DNA of 63,186 bases, the filler included, from Methanobacteriota archaeon (lineage in GTDB: Archaea > JACRDV01), in assembly GCA_024860865.1 (NCBI GenBank). It is 10 parts of 10 records of this genome, joined end to end, with 100 filler letters (N's around TTAATTAATTAA, not from the genome) between each part and the next. Parts side by side here need not be neighbours in the genome. Positions count along the whole stretch, not along the records: positions 58,830 to 63,186 come from JACRDV010000158.1; 9 more parts are not named here. One strand, 5' to 3'. A program made the position numbers and the translations under genes. Shown here piece after piece: positions 61,459 to 63,186 of this stretch (its first letter is position 1; each line of letters begins with the position of its first letter). The notes under the pieces are model-generated. The model ran no database searches, had not been told where the DNA came from, and saw only the letters and a list, made by a program, of their open reading frames with translations.

Positions 61459-62961
61459 TCACTTTAGCTGGCCCGATAAATCTCGTATAATAATTGGGAT
61501 CTTTAAAAGCAAGTCAGAGGCAATTAATTGATAGCCATGCTCTTTTGCGCACATATCGCCAGCTAATCCATTAATAAAAGCTCCCGCAACTGCTGCTCTA
61601 AAAGGTTCAATTCCTTGTGACAGAAAAGCACCGACTACTCCTGCCAATACATCTCCAGTCCCACCAACGGTCATTCCGGGATTTCCAGTTAGATTAATTT
61701 TAACTCGGCCAGCAGGATCAGCTATTATATCTTTGTTTGCCTTCAACAAAAAAGTAATTTCAAGTTTTTTTGCTTGCTCTTTTACTATCTTAATTCTGGA
61801 TTCCAATTCTAATGGCAAAGTGACGCCAGTTAAAATTCTAAATTCTCCGGAATGCGGGGTAACGACACAAGGAGCGCCTGCAAGTGCAGTTGGTTTGCTA
61901 GCTAAAGCTTTAATTGCATCAGCATCGACTAAAAGGGGCAATTTTAATTCTTTTACCGCTTCAAATACCTCTAAAACAACCTCAAACGTCTTTGGGTCGG
62001 TTCCCAATCCAGGACCTATCACTACTGCTGTTGATTTCTTAATTGAATCTAACAGTTTAGGAAGTGCCCCACGCGAAAGAATATCGCCAGGCATTTTTCT
62101 CGTAATTATATCAGGTGATATTGCATTAATTGCCCAAGCAACTTTTTCTGGTGCAGCAACAATCGCAAGGTCAACCCCAGCCCTAAGAGCTCCCAATGCT
62201 GTGAGAGCCGGTGCTCCTACATAATCGATACTCCCACCGATTATTAGCAATTTTCCAAAATCGCCTTTATGTGAATTAAGCGGTCTTGATTTAATTGCAA
62301 GTGTAACATCACCTGGTCCAGCATAAATCTCAGCTTCTTTAGGAATTCCAATATCAGCCACAATAATTTCTCCAATATATTGTTCTGCTTTCACCATTCC
62401 AATTTTTTTATCATGAAAAGTTATAGTAAGATCAGATTTAATAGCAGTTCCTAAAACTTCCCCAGTGTCAGCATTAATACCAGTTGGTATATCAATTGAA
62501 ACTTTGAATGGTTTAGCAGAATTAATTAACTCAACAATTTGTGCGAACAAACCTTTCACTGGAGTTTTGAGCCCAATTCCTAAAATTGAGTCAATAATTA
62601 CATCAACATCTACGGCCTTAAGCTGTAAGAGCCCAGAAATAGGATTCAAAGTTACATTTGGAGCTTTTTCAAGAGCTCTCCAGTTCTTCTGTGCCTCAGA
62701 TGAACGAATTGACTCTGGTCGACCAAGCAAAATCACTTCTACGTTAGCGCCAGCTTGCGCTAAGTATCTGGCTGCAACAAAACCATCTCCCCCATTGCCT
62801 CCTAACCCTGCGAACACTTTAACTCCAAGATTTTTTGGGTTGAAACGCTTGGCAATTACTTCAGCAATTTTCTTGCCTGCATTTTCCATTAATTGTAATT
62901 TAGAGACTCCAAAGTATTCAGAATTAAATTCTAAGGCTCGCATCTCCTCAACAGATAACAT
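61459..62961 (-). CDS. nnr: bifunctional NAD(P)HX epimerase/dehydratase
   Basis: LMENAG, GNGGDG, DIPTG, HKGDFG, TPHSGE, GGTGDVLAG. Confidence 0.95.
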   Translation of the reverse strand: MLSVEEMRALEFNSEYFGVSKLQLMENAGKKIAEVIAKRFNPKNLGVKVFAGLGGNGGDGFVAARYLAQAGANVEVILLGRPESIRSSEAQKNWRALEKAPNVTLNPISGLLQLKAVDVDVIIDSILGIGLKTPVKGLFAQIVELINSAKPFKVSIDIPTGINADTGEVLGTAIKSDLTITFHDKKIGMVKAEQYIGEIIVADIGIPKEAEIYAGPGDVTLAIKSRPLNSHKGDFGKLLIIGGSIDYVGAPALTALGALRAGVDLAIVAAPEKVAWAINAISPDIITRKMPGDILSRGALPKLLDSIKKSTAVVIGPGLGTDPKTFEVVLEVFEAVKELKLPLLVDADAIKALASKPTALAGAPCVVTPHSGEFRILTGVTLPLELESRIKIVKEQAKKLEITFLLKANKDIIADPAGRVKINLTGNPGMTVGGTGDVLAGVVGAFLSQGIEPFRAAVAGAFINGLAGDMCAKEHGYQLIASDLLLKIPIIIRDLSGQLK

Positions 62962-63029
62962 TTGTTAAGTTTGACCTCCGAAAGTTTAATCTGCTTTTGG
63001 TAGCGTTAATATTTTCTAAAGATAGTGTT

Positions 63030-63186
63030 GTATATGAGAGTGATACCTCACCCAAACCGGACATGAAGATTTCCCTCATCCGGCTTTTTCCACTGTTACC
63101 GCTTTGCACGGAGTCAATGTTTTGTTGCCGCCACATTGACCGGTTGATTCCATTCGGTGCCTCAGTTCGGTTTTATATTAACCTAC
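63030..63186 (-). ncRNA. 3' part of a group II intron-like RNA (D3-like, D5, short D6), no ORF visible
   Basis: D5-like AAGCCGGATGAGGGAAATCTTCATGTCCGGTTT (63054-63086); TGAGGCACCG...CGGTAACAG just upstream. Confidence 0.6.

Noticed and set aside
63054-63173. FMN riboswitch, 5S rRNA or C/D sRNA
   Set aside because: Only a short CCGGATG resemblance; group II D5 fits better and nnr has its own promoter-like sequence

Overview
AT-rich archaeal DNA made of about 10 contigs joined by artificial 100-nt linkers (N-run + TTAATTAATTAA + N-run), so gene order across linkers is not reliable. The gene set looks euryarchaeal (inference): nurA-herA, rpoH-rpoB (unsplit)-rpoA' (with a 500-aa intein), ligase, rpoK, S17e, dTMP kinase, a 2-oxoacid:ferredoxin oxidoreductase operon, psmB-aCPSF1, SepF/ZPR1, LSm-L37e, class III RNR, toprim-dnaG, histone and nnr, plus toxin-antitoxin patches and IS remnants. 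The strongest signal is in the RNA genes. All five tRNAs are interrupted, with at least 9 BHB-type introns. tRNA-Lys(UUU) carries a 284-nt intron filled by an 87-codon ORF. tRNA-Glu(CUC) and initiator tRNA-Met have introns inside or at the edge of the acceptor stem, and each is preceded, exactly 25 nt upstream, by a second copy of its own acceptor 5' strand; this is a candidate leader-assisted splicing system. Other notable items: a circularly permuted FrhB/F420-binding module fused to the PorB-like subunit, an NrdD whose glycyl-radical domain lies after an in-frame TAG, four ORF-less IS200/IS605-derived elements, an H/ACA guide RNA, and an apparently ORF-less group II intron-like RNA at the right edge.
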